Shown here piece by piece: positions 9,763 to 17,462 of a stretch of 31,872 nucleotides of DNA (its first letter is position 1; the number at the start of each line of letters is the position of its first letter). A program made the position numbers and the translations under genes. This DNA comes from a virus (Duplodnaviria; Heunggongvirae; Uroviricota; Caudoviricetes), in IMG/VR virus record IMGVR_UViG_3300045988_180666; one strand, given 5' to 3'. A model generated the notes under the pieces. That model saw only the letters and a program-made list of their open reading frames with translations. It did not search any database and was not told where the DNA came from.

Positions 9763-11113
9763 CCTTGTTCTCGTCGAGGGTGGTGAGCATGATGAGCGGC
9801 ACGTCTGGATAGACCTTCTGCTCCCAGTGGTTGAAGTAGATGACCACCCAGTGAACGGTCTCCATGAGGTCGTGGAACGCCTTCTCTATCGACTGCTTGA
9901 GGGTGAAGAGCTCTCGCTTGTCTGAGCCAGAGTTGTTGGTTTGGCTCTTGCCCGGTGTGGCGCCCACGAGATTAGGGTGGATGTTGTCGGCATAACACTG
10001 CATGTTGTTGCTCTCGGCGATGTCGTCGCTGTAGTCACCGCCATCCTTTGAGGTGTCGATGCGCGTGATGCGCACCATCTTTACCTCTTTGCCATCAGGT
10101 GTGGTGTAATAGCCCGCTATCCAGAGCTTGCCGCTATTCTCGATGCCTGAGATGAAGGAGCGGATTTTTTCTTTCTCCTTCAGCTTGCGCTCCTTTTGCT
10201 TTGCCTTGTCGGTGATGTGCTCCTCTTGGAAGATGCCACGCCAATAGTCGTTGTGTATCTCTACGAGGTAAGGGATGGCAGCGTGGTTTTTGAGCTTTGC
10301 CATCTTGCCGATGGCGATGAGCCGGGAGATGTCGTACCACTTGTCTCGGAAGATGGCGCTGTAGTAGGGCACGGGGTAGTATTGACTGCCAGGAGTAGGG
10401 AAGCGAGTCACGATGGCGAAGACTCTGTCTTTGCACTTTGCTCCACCCGTCTGTCTGGTCAGGGTCTGTCCGCTTTGACCGTCGAGCCCCATGCGCTGCT
10501 GTAGGTCGCCCAGTGGGTCTAGCTCGTCGAGGAGTGGCAGCACCTCGATGTTGTCGGGTTTGACGGCATTGCGCCAGTTGGTATAGAGCACGTATTCGGA
10601 GCGACCGTTTTTGCTCTGGGTGAACCGACAGTAGCACGCCTCTTTGTGCCGGATGCCCACGATGCGATCGCCCTTTTTGTTGAGGATGATGGCTGAGACA
10701 CAAAAGAAGAAGTACTTCATGTCTGTGATTTGCTCGAGGAAGAAGCGCGAGAGGTTGTTGTGCATCTTGAAGAGGTTGACCTCTTTGTCTTGTGTCGGAA
10801 GCTTTGTCTTGATGTCGTTGTACTGGAAGCCCATGCCGTAGCAGGTGAGCACGTTGAAGAGCTTGTTTTGCGCCATCACGCTGCTCTCGCCGATGTTTTT
10901 GATGAGCTGGTAGGGCAGCTTGTTGTCTGCCCCGAAGGGGATGTAGGTGTATCTTTGCTTGTCCACCTCTACGGAGACGGTGGGTGTGGTACCATCATCA
11001 TCGAAGATGGATGAGGACTCGACGAAGCCGCTGGTGGGCGACGAGGTCTGGTAATCGAGCACCTCGCCCATGGTGGCGTATGTGATGTCTATGTTATTGC
11101 TTTTGTCTGCCAT
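9707..11113 (-). CDS. Large virion protein (468 aa from ATG at 11113). Possibly the portal, but not established.
   Basis: The track ORF 9707..11284 begins at a non-ATG codon. The internal ATG at 11113 (MADKSNNIDITYATMG) sits 5 nt after the stop of the upstream gene at 11119. The size fits a portal, but no diagnostic motif was recognised. Confidence 0.45.
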   Translation of the reverse strand: MADKSNNIDITYATMGEVLDYQTSSPTSGFVESSSIFDDDGTTPTVSVEVDKQRYTYIPFGADNKLPYQLIKNIGESSVMAQNKLFNVLTCYGMGFQYNDIKTKLPTQDKEVNLFKMHNNLSRFFLEQITDMKYFFFCVSAIILNKKGDRIVGIRHKEACYCRFTQSKNGRSEYVLYTNWRNAVKPDNIEVLPLLDELDPLGDLQQRMGLDGQSGQTLTRQTGGAKCKDRVFAIVTRFPTPGSQYYPVPYYSAIFRDKWYDISRLIAIGKMAKLKNHAAIPYLVEIHNDYWRGIFQEEHITDKAKQKERKLKEKEKIRSFISGIENSGKLWIAGYYTTPDGKEVKMVRITRIDTSKDGGDYSDDIAESNNMQCYADNIHPNLVGATPGKSQTNNSGSDKRELFTLKQSIEKAFHDLMETVHWVVIYFNHWEQKVYPDVPLIMLTTLDENKDAKQVSNNQKSKQQDDTD

Positions 11114-11118
11114 AATCT

Positions 11119-11379
11119 TTATAAGTATATTGAATGGTCGTTGTATCTGAAGATGAAAATGTCTCTCACCTTGCGTATCTGGTGGTTGACTGGGTTGTAG
11201 AGGGTGTGGGTGCCGTTTTGCCAGGATGAGGACTTGACGAGCCATCCCCTGTACTGGATGATGGAACCATCGCCGCCCTTCCAACAGTCGATGTCAACGG
11301 GCGAGCGGTCGATGCGCGAGATGTCGAGGGCACGGCGCAGCTCGTTGATGTGTATTGCCTTGGGTGTCTTGTCTGCCAT
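11119..11379 (-). CDS. Hypothetical small protein
   Basis: 86-aa ORF between the 353-aa and 468-aa genes. Confidence 0.4.
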   Translation of the reverse strand: MADKTPKAIHINELRRALDISRIDRSPVDIDCWKGGDGSIIQYRGWLVKSSSWQNGTHTLYNPVNHQIRKVRDIFIFRYNDHSIYL

Positions 11380-11396
11380 ATATCTGAAGATGTTTT

Positions 11397-12458
11397 TTAG
11401 TTGAACGTATCGTCGAAGGAGTCGTCGAAGATGCGACCGCCCGTATTGTCGATGTTTTTGAACACGACATTCTGGACTCGCTGGGCATATTGGTAGCTGA
11501 AGGTGAACTCAGCCATGTCATCCAGCTCGTTGGTGCGCTCGCTCTTGGAGTCGGTGAAGGTAATCTCTTTGTCCTGTGTGTAGTCACGGAACAGATAGAT
11601 CTCATCGGAGCGCAGCAGGTCTTCGGCGAAGTGTGCCATGGACGGAGGAATAACACCTGTGTCGCCCTCGAAGGTGCGGGTCTCTTTGACGGAGTAGTTG
11701 ATCTTTTTGCCGCTGATGACGGCGCTCTTGCGCTCGAAGGTAGGTGCAATCTTCTTTTTGCCTAGGCAATAGAAGATCTCTTGGCACCCGAAGGAGTTGG
11801 TGAAGAGGAGCACCGGGTCGGCGACCGCCTCGGTATGGTCTATCTGGAAGTCTTGCACTCGCTTGCCCACGGTGACGGTGTAGGCGAAGAGGTCGCCACG
11901 GTCGGCATCGTAGTAACGGTCGGGCGAGACATCGAAGGTGGTGATGTTATTCACCGTATGGGTAGGGGTGGCATCGGCGGCGATATTGCCCTCCACGACC
12001 TTGCCGTCTTTGTAATATCGGGCTGTGACGGCGGCAGTGGTTCTGTCGGCACCTGCGGCATGGAGATATTCACGGTGTCCGAGCTGTGTGAGCTTGGCAC
12101 CATCGAGGAGGGTGAGGAAGTATTGGTCGAGGAACGACTGGCACGACATGTTGATGTCAACGGTGGCGTAGTAGGCGGTGAACTCGCACGACCAGTTGGC
12201 GACATCGCTCTCGCCATTGTGCTCGACAATCTTGATGGCGCACTTGGCGACCACGGTCGTGCGCACGGCATCGGAGATGAGCGTGCCGAGGTCGTAGATG
12301 GTGATGGTGCCAGCCACTGGGTAGTAAGTCTCGCTGAGCAGCTCTTCGCCCTCGCAGGTGATGGTAACGGTAGCGCGCTCGCCACCTATCTTGAAGGAGA
12401 AGGAGTCGAGCGCACTGGTGAACAATGGCGAAGATGGTTGGTTGGTAACTGTAATCAT
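11397..12458 (-). CDS. Hypothetical virion protein (353 aa)
   Basis: First gene after the terminator+promoter at 12484-12532. It has beta-rich composition. Confidence 0.45.
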   Translation of the reverse strand: MITVTNQPSSPLFTSALDSFSFKIGGERATVTITCEGEELLSETYYPVAGTITIYDLGTLISDAVRTTVVAKCAIKIVEHNGESDVANWSCEFTAYYATVDINMSCQSFLDQYFLTLLDGAKLTQLGHREYLHAAGADRTTAAVTARYYKDGKVVEGNIAADATPTHTVNNITTFDVSPDRYYDADRGDLFAYTVTVGKRVQDFQIDHTEAVADPVLLFTNSFGCQEIFYCLGKKKIAPTFERKSAVISGKKINYSVKETRTFEGDTGVIPPSMAHFAEDLLRSDEIYLFRDYTQDKEITFTDSKSERTNELDDMAEFTFSYQYAQRVQNVVFKNIDNTGGRIFDDSFDDTFN

Positions 12459-12483
12459 ATCAATGTCTCATTAAAACGATGCA

Positions 12484-12493
12484 AAGATAGGAA
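12484..12493 (-). promoter_or_regulatory. Bacteroides-type -7 box TATCTTTG(CA) for the 11397..12458 operon
   Basis: The plus strand reads tgcaaagata; the minus strand reads TATCTTTGCA about 22 nt upstream of the ATG at 12458. The same 10-mer occurs upstream of four other operons. Confidence 0.45.
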
Positions 12494-12532
12494 GGAAGGG
12501 GAGAAAATAAAAATACCTGATTGTCATCACGA
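12490..12532 (-). terminator. Rho-independent terminator (minus strand)
   Basis: Arms 12504-12515 and 12521-12532 form a 12-bp stem (UACCUGGUUGUC / GACAAUCAGGUA, one G-U) with a 5-nt loop. On the minus strand it is followed by UUUUUAUUUUCUCC. It lies about 100 nt after the stop of 12636..12947. Confidence 0.6.
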
Positions 12533-12635
12533 CAACCAGGTATCGACTCATGGAGCGGACCACGCCTTGTTAAGCCTAAGGCTCCATTCCGAGACTGTTT
12601 TATGTTGTAAATGAAAAAAAATGTGCTTGTCTTGC

Positions 12636-12947
12636 TTACTCTTCGGGCTGTGCGCAGTTGATTATCCAGACGAGTCTGCCACCCTCGACAGACTTCATCT
12701 TGAAGCCGTGCTCGACCATGTACTCGGTGATGACGGGGATGGGAGCGACGACCATGCCGCTGATGGCCTCTTGTATATCTTTGGAGGATAGGAAGTCAAC
12801 GCATTGGCTGTATGGGTCATCGCCCGGTGTGTCGCCCTCGAAGTAAGCGTCGAGCGCCATGCGCACATAGTCGATCTTGCTCTCTTGCTCTGACTGTTGC
12901 TGCTCGTCGCTGTTAGCACTGAAGCCCATCACACGCATACGTTTCAT
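12636..12947 (-). CDS. Hypothetical acidic small protein
   Basis: 103-aa ORF overlapping the upstream gene by 4 nt. Confidence 0.4.
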   Translation of the reverse strand: MKRMRVMGFSANSDEQQQSEQESKIDYVRMALDAYFEGDTPGDDPYSQCVDFLSSKDIQEAISGMVVAPIPVITEYMVEHGFKMKSVEGGRLVWIINCAQPEE

Positions 12948-13213
12948 GCCTCACCTCCTTTCGTCTCCAGTGCTATGTTGATGGTCTTGAAGAGCTTGCT
13001 CATGTGGTCGAAGTTGTTGAGCATGAGTAGCACTTTGTCGGCACCGCCGAGGTCTTCGACACAGTTGGTCACCACCTCGTCTGAGATAAGCACCTTTTTG
13101 ACTTGCTCTAGGTACTCGATGAAGTAGCTGAGCTGGTTGACATCCATCATTTCTACGAGCGCATTCCAGACCTCTGCTGTCATGTGCATATTTGTTGCGT
13201 TGTTTGTGTTCAT
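12944..13213 (-). CDS. Hypothetical small protein
   Basis: 89-aa ORF in an ATGA-coupled chain. Confidence 0.4.
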   Translation of the reverse strand: MNTNNATNMHMTAEVWNALVEMMDVNQLSYFIEYLEQVKKVLISDEVVTNCVEDLGGADKVLLMLNNFDHMSKLFKTINIALETKGGEA

Positions 13214-13575
13214 GCTACGACTCCTCCCATCAGATAACCACCAAAGAAAACCACTGCCATGAAGGCTGCGAAGCCTAGTGTGGCCTTGACCACCTCGCCG
13301 TAGGTCACGCTCTCGTCGCAGAGTGCGGTGAAGGTCTCGCTCTCGGTCTTGGCGAGCTTCTTGATTTCACACTTGAGGGTATTGATACCCTCCTCTACGC
13401 TGATGCCTGCAGGTCTCACCTGCGCATCACTAATTAAAATTGAATTCTGCATAATTGCCATCTTATAACCATTATAGACCGACCTTGATGTATAAATACA
13501 ATGGTGGCGGTCACATTCACCGTTGGTTATAAGATGGTAGCTTTCCCAGCGAAGGGCAAGTATCTTACGGATCAT
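13210..13575 (-). CDS. Small membrane protein (C-terminal transmembrane helix); holin-like candidate. The start may be the internal ATG near 13461.
   Basis: The C-terminus LGFAAFMAVVFFGGYLMGGVVA is a clear hydrophobic helix. No adjacent lysin was recognised, so the holin call is weak. Confidence 0.35.
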   Translation of the reverse strand: MIRKILALRWESYHLITNGECDRHHCIYTSRSVYNGYKMAIMQNSILISDAQVRPAGISVEEGINTLKCEIKKLAKTESETFTALCDESVTYGEVVKATLGFAAFMAVVFFGGYLMGGVVA

Positions 13576-13598
13576 GCAACCGCCATATTGAAAAGACC

Positions 13599-13619
13599 TT
13601 TTTCCCGCTGCCGGGAAAA
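13599..13619. terminator. Hairpin TTTTCCCG-CTGC-CGGGAAAA between the AT-rich block and the downstream gene
   Basis: 8-bp perfect stem with T/A runs built into the arms. The orientation is ambiguous. It is plausibly a weak terminator for the 13855-15112 operon. Confidence 0.3.
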
Positions 13620-13854
13620 TGATACTTTATAGGCATAAAAAAAGCCCACGGCGTGAAGCCTAGGCGAAACAGTCGCCATCGCTGAGTAGATTACTACTAT
13701 CTTATAACCGATGGCAAAAGTACGAAGAATAATTGGAACCGCCAAAAAAAAAGCGAGAAATTTTGAAATAAATGACTTTTTTATGTTTTAGAGCATAAAA
13801 CAAGGGGGTGAGGAACGAAAAAGCCCCGGATGCTCACGCACCCGAGGCTGACAG

Positions 13855-14247
13855 TTATTTTTGGAAATAAACTTTTAAAGGGATTGAATTCTCCACATTG
13901 CCAATTTTGAAAGAGAACTGATAGTTGCCCTCTGCAGGGAACTGGAGGTCGGAGAACTCAAAGATGAAGTTGCTGAAGAGAAACTCATCTGAAGGGTGTG
14001 GCTCAATCTTGGAATTGATGGGCTGGCCAAGAATCATCTTGCCAGTGCTCATCTCTGTAACCTCTGCCGAGAACTCTTGCTGAAGTTTGCTTTCCTCGCT
14101 GTTCATCTTAACTCTCGCTACCATGAAGAGGTTGCTCTTAGGCAGCGGTGCTTTTCTTACCACATAGTGGTCAAAAGTGCCCACGATGGTAAGTTTGCCG
14201 TCATTATCTTGTGCAAAGTCACACAATGCAAGAATATCTATGTTCAT
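13855..14247 (-). CDS. Hypothetical protein (130 aa), cargo block gene 3
   Basis: Lower GC than the phage core. ATGA-overlapped with gene 2. No recognisable domain. Confidence 0.5.
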   Translation of the reverse strand: MNIDILALCDFAQDNDGKLTIVGTFDHYVVRKAPLPKSNLFMVARVKMNSEESKLQQEFSAEVTEMSTGKMILGQPINSKIEPHPSDEFLFSNFIFEFSDLQFPAEGNYQFSFKIGNVENSIPLKVYFQK

Positions 14248-14684
14248 TTTATATGTCCTTTAATGTTAGACTCGATAGCCGAGTGTTTGAAAAGTTTTTT
14301 ATAATTGTCGAATGAATATTTGAGTTTGCTCACCGTGCGCTTGTTTGTGCTCACTAGGTTGGCTCCATGTCTGCCAGAGATGCCTTCCTTGGTATTGAAC
14401 TTCAGAGAATTTCTTTTGGAGTCAACCCAAAGCCTGATGGCATCGCCTTGTATCTTGTCACCCACATTGCCATGGACGTTGAGATCTTCTCGTATTTTCT
14501 TGTCCTCTTCGTTGAGCTCAAGAGCTTCGGTGATTTCTACGGAACTATTTCGGTCTAGTTCGTATAATGTCATCTTTTTGCCCGTGATAGGTTCCTCTTT
14601 GAGTCCCTTCCACTCAGCCCTTCTGGCAATGACATCAGCTTTTTTGCCCTCTATGATTTCACCTTCTTTGATATATATAGCCAT
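14244..14684 (-). CDS. Hypothetical basic protein (146 aa), cargo block gene 2
   Basis: Lys-rich. 1-nt overlap with gene 1. Confidence 0.5.
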   Translation of the reverse strand: MAIYIKEGEIIEGKKADVIARRAEWKGLKEEPITGKKMTLYELDRNSSVEITEALELNEEDKKIREDLNVHGNVGDKIQGDAIRLWVDSKRNSLKFNTKEGISGRHGANLVSTNKRTVSKLKYSFDNYKKLFKHSAIESNIKGHIK

Positions 14685-15112
14685 TATTGGATACTTTTTT
14701 GCATTGATTTTTCACTGAAAGAGAATACCTCAGCCATATCATCAGGCGAGGTGATGCTCATGAGCGATGGGCTGACCTCAAGAGCCACCTCAATGTCTTC
14801 AATGGAAGCATCTTTATCTTGTTTGATGATGTACTTATCCTCATGCTCTTCAATCTCTTTATCAAACTCTTCTTCGGTAATATTGCCGTCAAGCATTTCG
14901 CAATATAGTTTGAAGTAGTTGCGCTCACGTGTGCGGTTGTTAACGGCACGAGTCATCAACTCCTTGAGTCTGTCGGCAGTACTGATGTTGAAAAAGTTAG
15001 CCTTATTGGTAACACCAGCGAATGCAACCTTGCCAGTACCTTTGTCTTGTATAGCCACAACAGGGCTGCCATCAGTTTGGTATGTTGTATATATAGTCGT
15101 TGTATTGCTCAT
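14684..15112 (-). CDS. Hypothetical protein with a strongly acidic C-terminal half (142 aa), cargo block gene 1
   Basis: The C-terminus EEEFDKEIEEHEDKYIIKQDKDASIEDIEVALEVSPSLMSITSPDDMAEVFSF is very acidic. Its own TATCTTTG promoter lies about 30 nt upstream. Confidence 0.5.
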   Translation of the reverse strand: MSNTTTIYTTYQTDGSPVVAIQDKGTGKVAFAGVTNKANFFNISTADRLKELMTRAVNNRTRERNYFKLYCEMLDGNITEEEFDKEIEEHEDKYIIKQDKDASIEDIEVALEVSPSLMSITSPDDMAEVFSFSEKSMQKSIQ

Positions 15113-15139
15113 AATTCACATCCTGTTTATATTAACACG

Positions 15140-15149
15140 GTGCAAAGAT
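15140..15149 (-). promoter_or_regulatory. -7 box TATCTTTGCA for the three-gene cargo operon
   Basis: Plus strand tgcaaagata at 15140-15149; minus strand TATCTTTG. Same extended motif as the other phage promoters. Confidence 0.4.
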
Positions 15150-15265
15150 ACGGATATTTTTTGTAAATCGCAAATTTAATGATAAATTTAACAACAAAAA
15201 TTGCAATAAAGATTGGAAAATGGTATATAAAAAATGCTCGACCGCTTTTTGGCTCTTGCCAGACG

Positions 15266-15321
15266 CTTTCGCCGCAGGCGAAAATTTTTGGAAAATGAGG
15301 GGGAAGGTTTTAGCCTTCCCC
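15266..15321. terminator. Pair of adjacent hairpins downstream of radC: TTTCGCC-GCA-GGCGAAA+TTTTT (plus sense) and GGGGAAGG-TTTTAG-CCTTCCCC
   Basis: A 7-bp stem followed by ATTTTT on the plus strand, then an 8-bp GC-rich stem 20 nt beyond the RadC stop. Together they look like a bidirectional terminator module. Confidence 0.4.
15277..15297 (+). repeat. Direct repeat copy 1 (GGCGAAAATTTTTGGAAAATG). Copy 2 is at 16777-16797, with a degenerate third copy at 16734-16754.
   Basis: 19/21 identity between 15277-15297 and 16777-16797. The two copies bracket the radC/PRTase cassette. Confidence 0.6.
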
Positions 15322-15340
15322 TTACCTTATTATATATATA

Positions 15341-16024
15341 TTATAGCTTTCCTTTGTCGTGGTAGCTGTAGAAGCCATCCTCAGCCAAGATGATATGGTC
15401 CATCAAGAAAAGTCTCATCACCTCGCACGCCTTGGCTATCTTCTGCGTGAGCATATCGTCCGCCTTGCTCGGCTGCGTGCTGTTCGATGGGTGGTTGTGT
15501 GCCACGGCGATGATGGTTGCATTGTTGAGCACGGCTTCTTTCATTATCAGTCGAACGTCCACCGCTGTCTCGGTGATGCCTCCCTCGCTGAGCTTGGTGC
15601 ACTTTATCAGCCTAAAGTTTTGGTTCATCAGCACTACCCAAAAGCCCTCTGTCTCATTGCAGCCTATCATTGGGCGAAGATAGTTGTAGAGTGCCAGGCT
15701 GCTGCCTAGGTCGGTGTTTCTCGCTACCTTTTCCATTTGGTAGCGTCTGCCTAGCTCGATGGCTGCCTGTAGGGCTATCGCCTTGCAGTCTCCAATTCCT
15801 GGTACCACTTCCAGGTCTTCTATTCTCGCCTTGCCGATGTTGCGAAGCGAGTTGCCCATGATGTTATAAATCTGTCGTGCCTGCTCTTGGCTGTCCTTGG
15901 TACCTGCCCCTCTGTTGATTACCAAAGAAATCAAGTCAACGTTGGTAAGGGTGTCGAAACCTTGGTTATAGGCTCTGTACTGCGGTCTCTCCTCCATACA
16001 AAGATTGTTATAATTTTGTCTCAT
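15341..16024 (-). CDS. radC: RadC-like JAB/MPN-domain protein (UPF0758 family)
   Basis: N-terminal helix-hairpin-helix (LEVVPGIGDCKAIALQAAIELG). C-terminal JAB motif VAHNHPSNSTQPSKADDMLTQKI (HNHPSG..PS..D signature). Confidence 0.7.
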   Translation of the reverse strand: MRQNYNNLCMEERPQYRAYNQGFDTLTNVDLISLVINRGAGTKDSQEQARQIYNIMGNSLRNIGKARIEDLEVVPGIGDCKAIALQAAIELGRRYQMEKVARNTDLGSSLALYNYLRPMIGCNETEGFWVVLMNQNFRLIKCTKLSEGGITETAVDVRLIMKEAVLNNATIIAVAHNHPSNSTQPSKADDMLTQKIAKACEVMRLFLMDHIILAEDGFYSYHDKGKL

Positions 16025-16039
16025 ATCTTTTGTTATTTG

Positions 16040-16564
16040 TTAGTTATACATTCTCTTTGTTCTCGCTAGGAACATCGCTCCCATCACTTGTGCGCCACAT
16101 TCGGCTAGCTCGTTGGCGAACTCTCGGGCGGTCGCTCCGCTCGTCACCACGTCGTCGAAGATGATGACTTTCTTTCCGCTGAAGTACTCTCTATCGAGTG
16201 CCACTCTGTAGTCGAAGCTCTCACACACTCTGTCTGTGCTGAAGTGCTTGGCTGTGCGCTCTCCATAGATGGAAATGTGCTCGTTTCCGTTCTGTACCTT
16301 TGCGCCTTGGCTCACCTTTTGGGCGAAGCGAGAAAAGCGCTTGGTGTACTTCTTTGAGTTGGCTGCTGGAGCGCAAACCATCACGAAGTCGCTGGCTTTG
16401 TCGCCATAGGTGTTGACGAAAGAGCTGACCACCATATCGGCAGCTGCGTCTGTCGCCCACTGCTTTCCATCCTTGAAGGCAAAGATGAAGTTTCTCACTT
16501 GCTCTGCTTGTGCTGAGCGGTCGAAACGCTTGGAGCTGTACTCGTAATAATTGAAAGTTTTCAT
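16040..16564 (-). CDS. ComF/GntX-like type I phosphoribosyltransferase-domain protein (174 aa, no zinc finger)
   Basis: PRPP-binding motif VIIFDDVVTSGATA near the C-terminus. The FVMVCAPAANSKK...RFSRFAQ arrangement resembles the ComFC core. There is a 15-nt gap to radC. Confidence 0.6.
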   Translation of the reverse strand: MKTFNYYEYSSKRFDRSAQAEQVRNFIFAFKDGKQWATDAAADMVVSSFVNTYGDKASDFVMVCAPAANSKKYTKRFSRFAQKVSQGAKVQNGNEHISIYGERTAKHFSTDRVCESFDYRVALDREYFSGKKVIIFDDVVTSGATAREFANELAECGAQVMGAMFLARTKRMYN

Positions 16565-17359
16565 ACGCTTAAAATTTTTATTCTAGCCAGAGGGAGGAAG
16601 GAGCTTTTTTATTTGAACTCGTCTTTGCCTGCCCGTCTGAGAGTTTTTTTTATTCTGTCCGTCGGTCGTTTTTGTCGCTTTTTACGGTGCGATGCAGACG
16701 AGCGGAGAAGAGGTATGAAAGCCAAGGAATTTTGCAAAAAGTTTATGGAAAACCGTCATCTCTGATTGCGGAAGGCTGCCGAAAAGTTTTTGGAAAATAG
16801 ATTTATCGGTACTTGGTGCATGCCGTCCGCCGTACCTTTGCACCCGAAAAAGAGATAATGACCGATGGATAACCGATAAAGGGAAAAGCTCTCGGACAGG
16901 AAAAGCGGGCAAAGAAAAGGCTCTGCCTTACCTTGGTGGTTAAGCCTTAGCGACGTTTGAGCGCCATCACGGTCACCACCGCTTGAAAATTCGCAAATTT
17001 TAACCCTAGCGTATGAAATGAAAGATGGAAAATTTGCGTCATCAAAAACACCATGTTTTTCAGACTTCAGGAGGAAAAACATACCTTGGAGCGATGAAAT
17101 CGCAGCATTTGGCATGCTTCGACCCCGAGGTTGAAGATGCCGAATGTGTCGTTTTGCGACAGGTTTTCCACACCCACGGATTGGAAAACCCCGATTTTAT
17201 CGTGGTTTTAGGGATTCAAAGGGAAAATAATTCCCCTTTGTCGGCGATAGCACCCCCCACCGCCCTACGCCCGAGCGCGCCTTCCGCCCCCTTGGAAAAG
17301 ACGGAATATGTAAAAGACCGTTAACGTTTTTGTAGGAATGTAAAAAGCCAAAAGGCACG
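16565..17359. other. Non-coding region, purine-rich on the plus strand, with multiple inverted repeats. It contains no plausible ORF.
   Basis: Only short, low-complexity ORFs occur on either strand. It contains a 10-bp IR CGCAAATTTT/AAAATTTGCG (16997-17039) and a 9-bp IR GGTTTTCCA/TGGAAAACC (17165-17193). It also carries repeat copies 2 and 3 and recurring GGAAAA(C/T) motifs. Confidence 0.4.
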
Positions 17360-17392
17360 AAAAAAGGGAACACGCTTCGCAGCGCACTCCCC
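17360..17392 (-). terminator. Rho-independent terminator downstream of terL
   Basis: Minus-strand RNA GGGAGUGCGC-UGCGAA-GCGUGUUCCC gives a 10-bp stem including 3 G-U pairs, followed by UUUUUU. It lies about 70 nt after the terL stop. Confidence 0.55.
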
Positions 17393-17462
17393 TTATCGGC
17401 GGTCAAGCAAGAATGCCAGCCACCTAACTTATATAAGAATCGTACTATCTAAAGAAATCAAA

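Noticed and set aside
9707-11284. Track start (11284) for the 468-aa gene, and track starts at 21302, 23035 and 28936
   Set aside because: These track ORFs begin at non-ATG (TTG/GTG) codons that overlap the upstream gene substantially. Internal ATGs at 11113, 21170, 23026 and 28906 sit a few nt after the upstream stop and were preferred.
11781-12614. Long plus-strand ORFs antisense to the structural genes (e.g. 11781..12614, 6596..7147, 18396..19124, 2305..2853, 23508..24089)
   Set aside because: They have the Gly/Val/Asp/Glu- or Ser/Leu-rich composition typical of antisense frames of GC-rich genes. Each is fully nested within a better-supported minus-strand gene.
13576-13854. tRNA or att site in the 280-bp gap left of the cargo block
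   Set aside because: No cloverleaf-compatible arms or GTTC-type T-loop were found by eye. Only a short hairpin and an 8-bp GCCTAGGC palindrome. An att-site role is not supportable without a second copy at a boundary.
16040-16564. PRTase as a NamPT/NARP-type NAD+ salvage enzyme
   Set aside because: The size (174 aa) and motifs fit the small type I PRTase/ComF fold, not the roughly 450-aa type II NamPT. An NAD-related role remains only a loose possibility.
16756-17324. Track ORFs 16756..17115 (-), 17025..17324 (+) and 17197..17406 (-) inside the non-coding region
   Set aside because: The sequences are low-complexity and Pro/Ser/Arg-rich. They are overlapping and mutually exclusive, with no coupling to neighbours and no promoter. 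Treated as spurious.
16565-17462. Possible CRISPR array, ToxI-like tandem RNA repeat, or retron/DGR element in the non-coding region
   Set aside because: The repeats are neither regularly spaced nor tandem: two to three GAAAAGTTTTTGGAAAA copies at irregular spacing. No reverse transcriptase (no YADD-containing ORF) and no cas gene exists anywhere in the window, so a DGR, retron or CRISPR reading is unsupported.
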